From Sediminibacterium sp. (GTDB lineage Bacteria; Bacteroidota; Bacteroidia; Chitinophagales; Chitinophagaceae): a DNA stretch of 64,000 bases. The stretch is taken from NCBI GenBank assembly GCA_007280515.1, contig QYPL01000012.1:5614-69613 (forward strand), given 5' to 3'. Shown in pieces: positions 19,133-29,623 of the stretch (its first letter is position 1; the number at the start of each line of letters is the position of its first letter). The notes below the pieces were generated by a model. It did not search any database. It was not told the origin of the DNA and saw nothing but the letters and a program-made list of their open reading frames with translations. The position numbers were made by a program, and so were the translations under genes.

Positions 19133-20875
19133 TTATATATTTTGTTTTTGTAGTTGGTCCAATACATATTCCGAAGTACGCATAGACAATGCTAAAATGG
19201 TCCATGTAATATTTTTATCTGCTTGTGAAGTAAATACCGATCCATCCACACAGAATAAATTCTTACAATCAAATGATTGACCAAATGCATTTAATGGAGC
19301 CGCTTTTTTATCGGCACCCATACGCACTGTTCCTGCTTCATGAATAATATTACCTGGATTAGACAAACCGTATTTATTACTTACATCATCTTGATCGCCC
19401 CAAGTAATAATTGCACCCATTTCATGCATGATCTCCTTAAAGGTTTCTTTCATGTGTTTTGCTTGCATCACTTCGTATTCAGAATTCTTACAATCAAATT
19501 TCAACACAGGAATACCAAATTTATCTACTACATCCGGATCAATGCTACATTTATTTTCAAAACGAGGTACTGCTTCACCACGTCCACCCATACCTACATT
19601 GGCGCCATAAAAGAAACGAACATCTTCTTTTAAAGATTCACCATAACCACCTGCCTCCTTGGTTCTACCATTCACTTGGAACTTGCCATTCATTCCTTGC
19701 ATACCCATTCCCAGTCCATAGCTAGGTTGGCTCATGCCTCCCCAATATTCAATATGGTAACCACGAGGAAAGTCTAATTTTTTATTATCCAACCACCATG
19801 GAGTATACACGTGCATTCCACCCACTCCATCTTCATTGTAACGCTTACGACCAAATAAAGCAGGCACTACGCCACCCATTCCAGCACCAGTTGAATCGTG
19901 TAAATAATGACCTATCGCGCCTGAACTGTTTCCTAAACCATTAGGATGTTTGGTTGATTTTGAATTCAATAATAAACGAGCAGTCTCACAAGTACTTGCT
20001 CCAAGGATAACCACTTTTGCATTGATTTGATATTCTTGATTATCAAATTTATTGACATAAGAAATACCGGTTGCTTTTCCTTCGTTGTCTGTCATGACTT
20101 CACGCGCCATGGCACCTGTGATTAAATCCACGTTACCAGTTAAAATGGCTGGTCGAACTAAAACAGAAGAAGAAGAAAAGTCGCCGTATACTTTACAAGA
20201 ACGATTACATTGACCGCAATAAAAACATACTCCACGTTCATCGTTAATTTTTTTAGTTAAAATAGATAAACGAGAAGGGATCACAGGAATGTTAATTCCA
20301 GTGGCTGCTTTTTTAAACATTAATTCATGTAAACGAGGTTTTGGAGGTGGTAAGAAAATTCCATCAGGATCATTTTCACGACCTTCATTGGTTCCGTATA
20401 CACCAATTAATTTATCAATTTTATCGTAGTAAGGTTTGATGTCCTCATAGCCAATTGGCCAATCGTCACCTAAACCATCAAGGCTTCTTCTTTTAAAATC
20501 GCGTGGTCCAAAACGAAGTGAGATACGACCCCAATGGTTCGTACGACCTCCTACCATTCTTGCTCTCCACCACTCAAATTTATCACTACCAGGAGTTTGT
20601 GTATAAGGCTCACCATCTATTTCCCAGCCCCAGAAAGAAGCATCGAAATCACCGAAGGGCCTTATTTTAGTACTGGCTCCACGACGGGGTGAATCCCAAG
20701 GATTTTTTAACATCGATGAGTTTTTAGCAGGGTCAAATTCTGGACCTGCTTCTAATAAACAAACTTTTAATCCCGCTTTCGATAATACATAGGCAGCCAT
20801 TCCACCACCTGCACCTGAACCCACAATTACTGCATCGTATTTTTTGGGAGAAACTTTTACTTCAAAACTAGACAT
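19133..20875 (-). CDS. GMC family FAD oxidoreductase (sugar/glycoside dehydrogenase large subunit)
   Basis: GSGAGG, GGRTNHW, CFYCGQCNRSC Fe-S motif, HEAGTVRMG. Confidence 0.9.
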   Translation of the reverse strand: MSSFEVKVSPKKYDAVIVGSGAGGGMAAYVLSKAGLKVCLLEAGPEFDPAKNSSMLKNPWDSPRRGASTKIRPFGDFDASFWGWEIDGEPYTQTPGSDKFEWWRARMVGGRTNHWGRISLRFGPRDFKRRSLDGLGDDWPIGYEDIKPYYDKIDKLIGVYGTNEGRENDPDGIFLPPPKPRLHELMFKKAATGINIPVIPSRLSILTKKINDERGVCFYCGQCNRSCKVYGDFSSSSVLVRPAILTGNVDLITGAMAREVMTDNEGKATGISYVNKFDNQEYQINAKVVILGASTCETARLLLNSKSTKHPNGLGNSSGAIGHYLHDSTGAGMGGVVPALFGRKRYNEDGVGGMHVYTPWWLDNKKLDFPRGYHIEYWGGMSQPSYGLGMGMQGMNGKFQVNGRTKEAGGYGESLKEDVRFFYGANVGMGGRGEAVPRFENKCSIDPDVVDKFGIPVLKFDCKNSEYEVMQAKHMKETFKEIMHEMGAIITWGDQDDVSNKYGLSNPGNIIHEAGTVRMGADKKAAPLNAFGQSFDCKNLFCVDGSVFTSQADKNITWTILALSMRTSEYVLDQLQKQNI

Positions 20876-21024
20876 AAGGCAATCGTTTTTGCTATTGTAA
20901 TTAAAGAATGAATTTAAAGAAAAAATTGAATGAAATGCAAAAAAGACCCCCTCATTTTATAAGCGGAATTTATAGGTTTAAAAATGGCAATAAACTTAAA
21001 CAAAGTCGTAAAGGGGTAAAAAGC

Positions 21025-21267
21025 AAAAGGCCCCGTTTATGGGGGCCTTTTGAAAAATCATAAGAGGATGTTTTTGTGAATTTTATATTTTATAAAAATT
21101 CACGAAAAATCAAAAAAGGCCCCGTTTATGGGGGCCTTTTGAAAAATCATAAGAGGATATTTTTGTGAATTTTATATTTTATAAAAATTCACGAAAAATC
21201 AAAAAAGCCCCACCCGTTTATGGGGTGGGGCTTAAAAATCATTAGAGTAGTAAAAATCAACTTTTAC
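21025..21267 (-). repeat. Tandem hairpin-motif-terminator array (89-bp period, three terminator hairpins)
   Basis: Two 89-bp units differing at one base (GC stems start at 21029 and 21118) plus a variant stem at 21207. Confidence 0.92.
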
Positions 21268-21287
21268 ATTTCTTGAAAATTTGGCTT

Positions 21288-24200
21288 TTACGAACAGCCC
21301 ATGCTTGTTCCGCAGTTTAAACATTTATAACATGTACCACTTCTTATTGTAATATGTCCGCAAGTGCTACAAGCAGGCGCATCGCTTTGCATACTTTTGG
21401 CTGCAGCAGTAACATTGTCCATTGAACCATTCGCTTCTACGGCTACAGCTGCTTTAGCTACTGGAGCTGCTACTGGTGCTGTTACGCGAATGCTACTTAG
21501 TTCAGGCTTGCCTACTAGTGTAATATCTCCTTCCTCGCCTAAGTTTTCTACTGTAGGCTTATCTAATACATGTACTAAATCGGTTCTACCTAAATATTCA
21601 TAAGCTAAAGAGCGGAATATAAAGTCAACAATAGAAGTAGTGGTTTTAATATTTGGATGATCTACCATTCCAGAAGGCTCGAACTTCGTAAATACAAATT
21701 TCTCCACGAACTCTTCTAAAGGCACACCATATTGTAAACCAACAGAGATAGAAATAGCAAAGCAGTTCATTAAACTACGTAGTGTAGAACCTTCTTTGGC
21801 TAAGTCAATAAATATTTCTCCTAAAGTGTTATCGTTGTATTCACCTGTTCTTAAGAATAATACTTGTCCGCCAATTCTAGCTTTCTGTGTAAAGCCACGA
21901 CGCTTAGCTGGCAGTGATTTACGCTCAACAATACGAGACAATTGACGCTTGAATGTAGTGTCGGTAGAAGCAGCCATTCTTCTTTGCACTTCTTCTAATA
22001 ACTCGTCTACATTTAATTTACTTAAGTCCACTAATTGAGAACCGCCCTCTACACTTAGTGCTTCGTCAGCAGTAGCATCTGTTTTCACCTTCTTATCAGA
22101 CTTCGTACTTAAGGGTTGGCTTAATTTAGAACCATCACGGTAAATAGCATTCGCTTTTAAACCTAATGACCAACTCATTAAATAAGAATCGGCAATTTCT
22201 TCAACAGTAGCCTCGTGTGGAAGGTTAATGGTTTTAGAAATCGCACCAGATAAGAATGGTTGGCAAGCAGCCATCATTCTAATATGTCCATGTGCATGAA
22301 TATATCTCACCCCTTTTTTACCATTTTTATTGGCACAATCAAATATTGACAAATGCTCGTCTTTCAATGCTGGTGCACCTTCTACAGTCATAGTACCACA
22401 TACATAATCATTTGCTTCGTCAATCTGATCTTCTGTAAATCCTAGAGCTTCTAATAAACTAAAACTCCAGTCAGCAAATACTTCTTCTTTAAAACCTAAT
22501 CTTGTTAAACAAGCGTCCCCTAAAGTGAAGCGGTTAAAAATAAATCCAATTTCAAATGCAGATTTAGCAGCACCATTTAATTTTGCAATTTCTTCTGCTG
22601 TAAATCCTTTGGCTAATAAAGATTCATTATTAATATGTGGCGCTCCTGCGAAACTCGCGTGTCCTACAGCGAAGTTTACAATGGCATCATTTTCTGCTTG
22701 AGAATACCCCAAGTTCTTTAATGACTGAGGTACCGATTGGTTGATAATTTTAAAGTATCCACCACCAGATAATTTTTTAAATTTCACTAAAGCAAAATCT
22801 GGCTCAACACCTGTGGTATCACAATCCATTACAAGCCCAATGGTTCCTGTTGGAGCGATAACTGTTGTTTGCGCGTTTCTATAACCATATTTTTCTCCTA
22901 ATTGAACTGCATCATCCCAAGCCTTAGTGGCAGCTTTCAATAAATAATCAGGAGTGTATTGAGCTTTAATTCCTTGTGGTTTAATTTCAATACCTACATA
23001 AGCGTCTTCTGCATCATAAGCAGCAGCGCGGTGATTACGCATTACACGTAACATATTTTCTTTATTTTCTTCATATCTATCGAAGGCACCTAAGAAAGAA
23101 GCCATCTCTGCAGATGTTTTATACGCCACACCTGTCATGATCGCTGTGATGGCGCCTGCAATACCACGGGCTTGCTCGCTATCGTAAGCAATACCACTAA
23201 CCATTAACATAGAACCCAGGTTAGCGAAACCTAAACCAGTCGTTCTGTAGTCATAAGATAATTGTGCTACTTCTTTAGAAGGGAACTGCGCCATTAAAAT
23301 AGATACTTCTAATACAGTCTGCCATAATCTTGTAGTATATTCAAAACCAGTTACATCAAAACTATTGTCTGACTCATTGAAGAATTTACGCAAGTTGATA
23401 GAAGCTAGGTTACATGCTGTGTTGTCCAAGAACATATATTCTGAACATGGGTTAGATGCATTAATGCGTCCCCCTTTAGGACAAGTATGCCACTCGTTAA
23501 TAGTAGTATCATATTGTGTTCCAGGATCGGCACAACGCCAAGCAGCGTTCGCAATTTGATCCCATACTTCACGTGCAGGAATAGACTGCATCACACGACC
23601 ATCTGTTCTTGCCTTTAATTCCCAGTTGCCATTTTCAGACAATGCTTTAAAGAAGCTATTTGGAATACGCACCGAGTTGTTTGAGTTTTGGCCAGATACT
23701 GTTGCGTAGGCTTCTCCTTCATAACTATTATCATAACCAGCCGCAATTAAAGCAGCTACTTTATCTTCTTCTTTTACTTTCCAATTAATAAATTCTATTA
23801 TTTCTGGATGATCTAAATCTAAACAAACCATTTTAGCAGCACGACGCGTTGTACCACCACTTTTAATGGCACCTGCAGCGCGGTCACCAATTTTCAAGAA
23901 GCTCATTAAACCACTTGAAGAACCACCACCAGATAATTTTTCATTCGCTCCACGAATTTGAGAGAAGTTCGTTCCTACTCCAGAACCATATTTAAAAATT
24001 CTTGCTTCTCTTGTCCATAAATCCATGATACCGCCTTCGTTCACTAAATCATCGCTTACACTTAATATAAAACAGGCATGTGGTTGAGGACGCTCGTATG
24101 CACTTGTTGATCTTTTTAATTTTTTATCGGTAGGATCTACATAGTAGTGACCTTGTGCACCACCAGTGATACCATAGCTCTCATGCAATCCTGTATTAAA

Positions 24201-24611
24201 CCATTGTGGCGAGTTAGGCACACAGGCTTGATTTAATATACTATATACTAATTCCTCATAGAATACTTGCGCATCTTTCTCTGTTGCGAAGTAACCATAA
24301 CGCTCTCCCCAAACTCTCCAACAATTTGCCATACGATGTGCAACTTGCTTCACAGTTGTTTCACGACCAAGTGAACCATCTGGTTGTGGCACACCTGCTT
24401 TTCTAAAATATTTTTGTGCAAGAATATCTGTAGCAATTTGACTCCACTGTTTCGGTACCTCCACATTGTTCATTTCAAATACTTTTTCTCCGTTTGGATT
24501 TTTGATAACGCTATCTCTGTAGTCGTATTCAAATTGATCGAATGGAGAAACATTCTCTTTAGTAAATCGGCGAGAAAACTCTAAGCCTTTTTTTGTTTTT
24601 GTAGTAGCCAT
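21288..24611 (-). CDS. nrdJ: Class II (adenosylcobalamin-dependent) ribonucleotide reductase
   Basis: PNSPQWFN, ACFI, SNPCSE, IAPTGTI, C-terminal TSCPD-like domain and Cys ribbon. Confidence 0.95.
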   Translation of the reverse strand: MATTKTKKGLEFSRRFTKENVSPFDQFEYDYRDSVIKNPNGEKVFEMNNVEVPKQWSQIATDILAQKYFRKAGVPQPDGSLGRETTVKQVAHRMANCWRVWGERYGYFATEKDAQVFYEELVYSILNQACVPNSPQWFNTGLHESYGITGGAQGHYYVDPTDKKLKRSTSAYERPQPHACFILSVSDDLVNEGGIMDLWTREARIFKYGSGVGTNFSQIRGANEKLSGGGSSSGLMSFLKIGDRAAGAIKSGGTTRRAAKMVCLDLDHPEIIEFINWKVKEEDKVAALIAAGYDNSYEGEAYATVSGQNSNNSVRIPNSFFKALSENGNWELKARTDGRVMQSIPAREVWDQIANAAWRCADPGTQYDTTINEWHTCPKGGRINASNPCSEYMFLDNTACNLASINLRKFFNESDNSFDVTGFEYTTRLWQTVLEVSILMAQFPSKEVAQLSYDYRTTGLGFANLGSMLMVSGIAYDSEQARGIAGAITAIMTGVAYKTSAEMASFLGAFDRYEENKENMLRVMRNHRAAAYDAEDAYVGIEIKPQGIKAQYTPDYLLKAATKAWDDAVQLGEKYGYRNAQTTVIAPTGTIGLVMDCDTTGVEPDFALVKFKKLSGGGYFKIINQSVPQSLKNLGYSQAENDAIVNFAVGHASFAGAPHINNESLLAKGFTAEEIAKLNGAAKSAFEIGFIFNRFTLGDACLTRLGFKEEVFADWSFSLLEALGFTEDQIDEANDYVCGTMTVEGAPALKDEHLSIFDCANKNGKKGVRYIHAHGHIRMMAACQPFLSGAISKTINLPHEATVEEIADSYLMSWSLGLKANAIYRDGSKLSQPLSTKSDKKVKTDATADEALSVEGGSQLVDLSKLNVDELLEEVQRRMAASTDTTFKRQLSRIVERKSLPAKRRGFTQKARIGGQVLFLRTGEYNDNTLGEIFIDLAKEGSTLRSLMNCFAISISVGLQYGVPLEEFVEKFVFTKFEPSGMVDHPNIKTTTSIVDFIFRSLAYEYLGRTDLVHVLDKPTVENLGEEGDITLVGKPELSSIRVTAPVAAPVAKAAVAVEANGSMDNVTAAAKSMQSDAPACSTCGHITIRSGTCYKCLNCGTSMGCS

Positions 24612-24938
24612 GGTCTTTGTTCTATTTTTGGATGTTAGTGGGTTATCCCAGTAGGTTTTTCAAAAAACCTTGATGGGTATACGAAAATATATTGCTATGA
24701 TGATATTAAAGCTATGGAAATATCAACAGCTGTGGAAAAGATATGTGGATTAAATTAAATACCTTATCCGGCTTGATTTCCATGAATTATCCCCAACCCA
24801 TGTTAGTTTCTTAGAAAAAAAACCTGCCCGTTTTAGGTTTTTTTAGTAATAAATAGAGATTGCTTGCAATACATATAATTAAATTGGATAATTTTGAGGA
24901 TTCCAACAAAAAAGCTGCACCTTACGGGGGTCTAAGAA

Positions 24939-25688
24939 ATGAAGCATACTCTATACAATATCATACTGGAAGGTAAGGCTAATGCAAAAAAGGCCCTGGC
25001 TATATTAATAGACCCAGACAAGCTTAATAAGGACAGCTTAACCCAAACCATTGAGTTGGCTGTAAAGTCTAAAGTGGACTATTTTTTTGTAGGGGGAAGC
25101 TTGGTGGTAACCGATACCCTTGATACAACAGTAGCTGCCATCAAAAAACAATCTAGCATTCCAGTTATTCTTTTTCCTGGTTCACCCGATCAAATCACCG
25201 CTAAGGCAGATGCGCTTTTATACTTGTCTTTAATATCTGGTCGTAATGCAGAACTACTTATTGGACACCATGTAGTAAGTGCTCCTTTTATTAGACAAAG
25301 TGGTTTAGAAATTATGTCAGTAGGTTATATGCTCATTGACGGAGGTTCTCCTACGACGGTTTCTTATATATCTAATACGAACCCCATACCTTCTAATAAA
25401 AACGATATTGCTATTTGTACTGCCATGGCAGGAGAAATGCTAGGCCTTCAATTAATATATATGGATGCTGGTAGTGGCGCGCAAAGACCCATTCCTACTA
25501 CTATGATTCAAGAAGTGGCAAAACATATACAAGCGCCTTTAATTATTGGTGGTGGTATTACTACGCCAGAAAAAGCCATAGAAAATTGCAAAGCGGGTGC
25601 CGATATTATTGTGATTGGAAATGCAGTAGAAAAAGACCCTAACCTAATTAAGGCAATGGCTGATGCTATTCATAGCTTGAATAAATAA
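24939..25688 (+). CDS. Geranylgeranylglyceryl/heptaprenylglyceryl phosphate synthase family
   Basis: LIDPDK, VGGS, LFPGS, LSLISGRN, YMDAGSGA, GGGI. Confidence 0.9.
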   Translation: MKHTLYNIILEGKANAKKALAILIDPDKLNKDSLTQTIELAVKSKVDYFFVGGSLVVTDTLDTTVAAIKKQSSIPVILFPGSPDQITAKADALLYLSLISGRNAELLIGHHVVSAPFIRQSGLEIMSVGYMLIDGGSPTTVSYISNTNPIPSNKNDIAICTAMAGEMLGLQLIYMDAGSGAQRPIPTTMIQEVAKHIQAPLIIGGGITTPEKAIENCKAGADIIVIGNAVEKDPNLIKAMADAIHSLNK

Positions 25689-25705
25689 TCTATTCTTAAT
25701 TACTA

Positions 25706-26437
25706 CTAGAAACTCATCATTTCTTTGAACTTCACCGTTTGTCTACGGCTAATTTCAATCTTCTCCCCTCCTTTTAACTCTACTAACAAGCCTCCATTAA
25801 AATAAGGTTCTATTTTTTCAATCCATTGTAGGTTAATAATATGCTTACGGTTGGCTCTAAAAAATATATGATCGTCTAATCTATCTTCTAGCGCATTCAA
25901 TGACTTTAATATGAGTGGCTTATTGGTAGAAAAATATACTTTGGCGTAATTACCTACACTTTCAAATAATCTTATTTCTTCTAGTTTAACAAACCAACAT
26001 TTCTCTCCATCTTTTACAAAAACCTGATCGCTCTGTGACAAAGGCCCACGCATGTTTCCAGATAAACTTGCACGTTCTAATTCAATTTCGGTTTGTAATT
26101 TTTGTATGGCATCTGCTAAACGCTTAGGATCGATAGGTTTTAATAAATAATCTAGTGCGTTCACTTCAAAGGCTTTTAAAGCAAACTCATCATAGGCAGT
26201 GGTAAATATGACCTTCGGCGATTTCTCTAATTCCGACAATAAATCAAAGCCTGTTTTTCCTGGCATTTGAATATCTAAAAAAATTAATTCAGGATGCGCT
26301 AAATCTATTTTCTCTACCCCTTCATCCACATTACTGGCCTCATCAATAATTTGAATTTCTGGATGTTGTTCCAATAATTTTTTTAGCTCATTTCTGGCTA
26401 ATCTTTCGTCGTCTATTATAATGGCTTTAATGGGCAT
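25706..26437 (-). CDS. LytTR family response regulator
   Basis: REC domain (IIDDE, FLDIQMP, DYLLKP) plus LytTR domain. Confidence 0.93.
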   Translation of the reverse strand: MPIKAIIIDDERLARNELKKLLEQHPEIQIIDEASNVDEGVEKIDLAHPELIFLDIQMPGKTGFDLLSELEKSPKVIFTTAYDEFALKAFEVNALDYLLKPIDPKRLADAIQKLQTEIELERASLSGNMRGPLSQSDQVFVKDGEKCWFVKLEEIRLFESVGNYAKVYFSTNKPLILKSLNALEDRLDDHIFFRANRKHIINLQWIEKIEPYFNGGLLVELKGGEKIEISRRQTVKFKEMMSF

Positions 26438-26450
26438 GTCTTACTATAAT

Positions 26451-27491
26451 TTAATGTGAAATGGGTATTACTAATTTGGCAGTAACTTCATTAGGCGCGC
26501 ATTGAAATATTTCAAAAATGGCTTGGCCACGATATAAAATATTTAATCTTTCTCTAGTGCTTTGTAAACCAAAACCATCCTTCTGTGCTTGTTGAAGTAG
26601 GCCTGTATTTTGTACAGTTAAAACTAATTTATCGTTCTCTACTGTAGAAATAATTTTAATAGTGCAATCGCCAGGTTGCTTGCCTAGTCCATGTTTAATA
26701 GCATTCTCCACCAAGGTTTGCAACATCATAGGAGGTATTTGATTTACCAAAGTTTTTGGCTCTACTTCATACACTATTTTTAATCTATCGGCAAAACGAA
26801 TGTATTCCAAGGCTAAATAATCCTTTACAATATCTAGCTCTTTTTCCAAAGAAGTAATTTCTACTTTATCTACTTGAATGCTACTTCTTAAAATATTACT
26901 AAGCTCCGTGATGGCCTGCCTTGCTCTTTGCGGATCTTCATCTACCAAGGCCCTAATACTATTTAAAGCGTTAAATATAAAATGAGGATTAATTTGAGAT
27001 TTAATAGTTTTTAATTCCAATTCTTTAATCATGGTTTCCAATCTCACTTTCTTAATTTCTTCTGTGTTGGTGAATTCAATATAATGCCATAAAACATAGA
27101 CCGACATCCACACTAGAAAAATAGGGGTATCGAAAATAAGACTAAAAAGAAACCTTCTTGTTAAAGGAATATTTCTGCCTGGCTCGTATAATTTTAAGAC
27201 GTCCGCTAAATAACTAGTTGAAAAACTATTGACAATAGAAAAAGCAAATAATAATAAAACCAATTTCCACCATTGATTAGATGGGATAGGAGGACGCAAA
27301 GAAGCTCGGTGCATGGTCTCCCTTAATAAATGCATTATTAAAATACCTATAGATAAATTAATAGCTAGTCTTGGATAAAAGACTGGGTTCAACTCTTTGT
27401 CTAAAATAGAGGCAAAAAATAAAATAGTGAGGCCATAGCTAAACCAGCCTGCAATTTGACAAATCCAATATAATGAAGAGTGTTTTTTCAT
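26451..27491 (-). CDS. LytS-type sensor histidine kinase
   Basis: SQINPHFIFNALN, LQTLVENAIKHG, N-terminal TM helices. Confidence 0.92.
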   Translation of the reverse strand: MKKHSSLYWICQIAGWFSYGLTILFFASILDKELNPVFYPRLAINLSIGILIMHLLRETMHRASLRPPIPSNQWWKLVLLLFAFSIVNSFSTSYLADVLKLYEPGRNIPLTRRFLFSLIFDTPIFLVWMSVYVLWHYIEFTNTEEIKKVRLETMIKELELKTIKSQINPHFIFNALNSIRALVDEDPQRARQAITELSNILRSSIQVDKVEITSLEKELDIVKDYLALEYIRFADRLKIVYEVEPKTLVNQIPPMMLQTLVENAIKHGLGKQPGDCTIKIISTVENDKLVLTVQNTGLLQQAQKDGFGLQSTRERLNILYRGQAIFEIFQCAPNEVTAKLVIPISH

Positions 27492-27638
27492 CTAGCTCAA
27501 ATTTAGCCCTTTAAACTAGGTTTTAAGCCTATTTTATTGACTAATGGTCCTATTCTAGGCTATACGGCAAGCCCAAATTCCTTCTAAACTTTTGCTATAT
27601 ATTTATGTTATTAATATACTTTTACATTCTAAATTGAA

Positions 27639-29564
27639 ATGATGCATATTGAGGCTGGACCATTATTGAAAACTATTGACTCCCCGGAAGATCTTAAAGA
27701 TATTTCCAGGGAAAAATTGCATCAGGTTTGTGATGAATTACGCCATTATATTATTGATGTAGTGAGCGTTCACGGAGGCCACTTTGCAGCCAGCCTTGGG
27801 GTGGTTGAATTAAGCGTAGCCCTGCATTATGTATACAATACACCTTATGATCAATTAGTATGGGATGTAGGTCATCAGGCCTATGGACATAAAATTTTAA
27901 CAGGTCGTCGTGATGAGTTTATTAGCAATAGAAAATACAATGGCTTAAGTGGTTTTCCTAAAAGAACTGAAAGCGAGTATGATACTTTTGGAGTAGGCCA
28001 CTCTTCTACCTCTATTTCTGCTGCCTTAGGTATGTCCATGGCCGCTAAGTATAAAAAAGAGAATAGAAAATCGGTAGCCATTATTGGAGATGGTTCTATG
28101 ACAGCGGGTATGGCCTTCGAAGCTATGAACCATGCGGGCGTAGCAGACAGTGATGTACTTATTATCTTAAATGATAACTGCATGAGCATTGACCCCAATG
28201 TGGGCGCCTTAAAAGAATACTTAACAGATATAAGCACTTCTCCTACTTATAATAAATTTAGAGATGAGCTTTGGCAGTTAATGGGTAAGCTACCCATTGG
28301 TAAAACATTTACCCGTGAAATGGCTTCTAAAGTAGAAGCAGGTTTAAAAGGAGTGGTTTCCAAAAGTAGTAATTTATTTGAAGCACTACAATTAAGATAT
28401 TTTGGCCCTATTGATGGACATAATATTTCTAATTTGGTAGATACCTTAAAAGATTTAAGAGAAATACCGGGTCCGAAAATTTTACATATTTTAACGGTGA
28501 AAGGTAAGGGCTATGCACTTGCTGAAAAAGATCAAACGAAGTGGCATGCGCCAGGTTTGTTTGATAAATTAACGGGCGAAATAATTAAGAAAAAAATTGA
28601 AACGCCTCAACCTCCTAAGTACCAAGATGTATTTGGTCATACTATTGTGGAGCTCGCTAAAACGAATCCGCTTATTATGGGTATTACACCTGCCATGCCA
28701 AGTGGTTCTTCTTTAAAATTTATGATGGAAGCCATGCCAGACAGGGCTTTCGACGTAGGTATTTGCGAACAACATGCTGTTACTCTAAGTGCTGGCTTAG
28801 CTACTCAAGGCATAAAAGCATTTTGCAATATTTATTCCACTTTTATGCAAAGAGCCTATGATCAAGTCATTCACGATGTAGCCTTGCAAAATTTACCTGT
28901 TGTATTTTGTTTAGATAGAGCAGGACTAGTAGGAGAAGACGGCCCTACGCATCATGGCTGTTATGATATTGCTTTTTTTAGATGTATTCCTAATATGATT
29001 ATTGCAGCGCCAATGAATGAAATTGAATTGCGTAATTTGATGTACACTTCTCAACTTCCATCCATTCAATCTCCATTTGTAATTCGTTATCCAAGAGGAG
29101 AAGGCGTTACCATAGATTGGCAAAAACCATTCGAAGCAATAACCATTGGTAAAGGCAGAAAATTAAAAGACGGAAAAGAGATTGCCATTTTATCTTTAGG
29201 ACATCCTGGAAATTTTGCGCAAACAGCCATTAGAAATTTACGAGATGAAGGCATTGACCCTGCTCATTACGATATTCGTTTTGTAAAACCTTTAGACGAA
29301 TCTTTATTACATGAAGTATTTCAAAACTATGATAAGATTATCACAGTAGAAGATGCCACTGTTGTAGGAGGTATGGGCTCTGCTATTTTAGAATTCATGA
29401 ACGAACATAATTACCATAGCAAAATTACCATCTTAGGTATTCCTGATAGTATTGTAGAACACGGAAGCTTAAAAGAATTGTATCACGAATGCCATTACGA
29501 TGCATTGGCCATTGCCGATGCCGTGAAAGCCCTACTAGGCAAGCAGATTATGTCTGAGGTATAA
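27639..29564 (+). CDS. dxs: 1-deoxy-D-xylulose-5-phosphate synthase
   Basis: WDVGHQAY, GHSSTSIS, GDG ThDP motif, DRAG...DGPTHHG. Confidence 0.97.
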   Translation: MMHIEAGPLLKTIDSPEDLKDISREKLHQVCDELRHYIIDVVSVHGGHFAASLGVVELSVALHYVYNTPYDQLVWDVGHQAYGHKILTGRRDEFISNRKYNGLSGFPKRTESEYDTFGVGHSSTSISAALGMSMAAKYKKENRKSVAIIGDGSMTAGMAFEAMNHAGVADSDVLIILNDNCMSIDPNVGALKEYLTDISTSPTYNKFRDELWQLMGKLPIGKTFTREMASKVEAGLKGVVSKSSNLFEALQLRYFGPIDGHNISNLVDTLKDLREIPGPKILHILTVKGKGYALAEKDQTKWHAPGLFDKLTGEIIKKKIETPQPPKYQDVFGHTIVELAKTNPLIMGITPAMPSGSSLKFMMEAMPDRAFDVGICEQHAVTLSAGLATQGIKAFCNIYSTFMQRAYDQVIHDVALQNLPVVFCLDRAGLVGEDGPTHHGCYDIAFFRCIPNMIIAAPMNEIELRNLMYTSQLPSIQSPFVIRYPRGEGVTIDWQKPFEAITIGKGRKLKDGKEIAILSLGHPGNFAQTAIRNLRDEGIDPAHYDIRFVKPLDESLLHEVFQNYDKIITVEDATVVGGMGSAILEFMNEHNYHSKITILGIPDSIVEHGSLKELYHECHYDALAIADAVKALLGKQIMSEV

Positions 29565-29623
29565 ACTTTACTAGAATGGAATTGTAATAGAAATTAAGAT
29601 AAACTTAGAGGGTTCAAAGCTTT

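Noticed and set aside
21025-21267. CRISPR array or type III TA antitoxin array
   Set aside because: Spacers are near-identical, and no ToxN-like or cas gene is adjacent.
21288-24611. Intein or intron in nrdJ
   Set aside because: Continuous ORF with no splice-junction or homing-endonuclease motifs seen.
24720-24796. Replication origin
   Set aside because: Few and imperfect boxes, and no dnaA or other origin-linked context; a regulatory role is more plausible.
24612-24938. Cobalamin riboswitch upstream of nrdJ
   Set aside because: No B12-box recognised; the predicted leader is only about 65 nt with a single hairpin.
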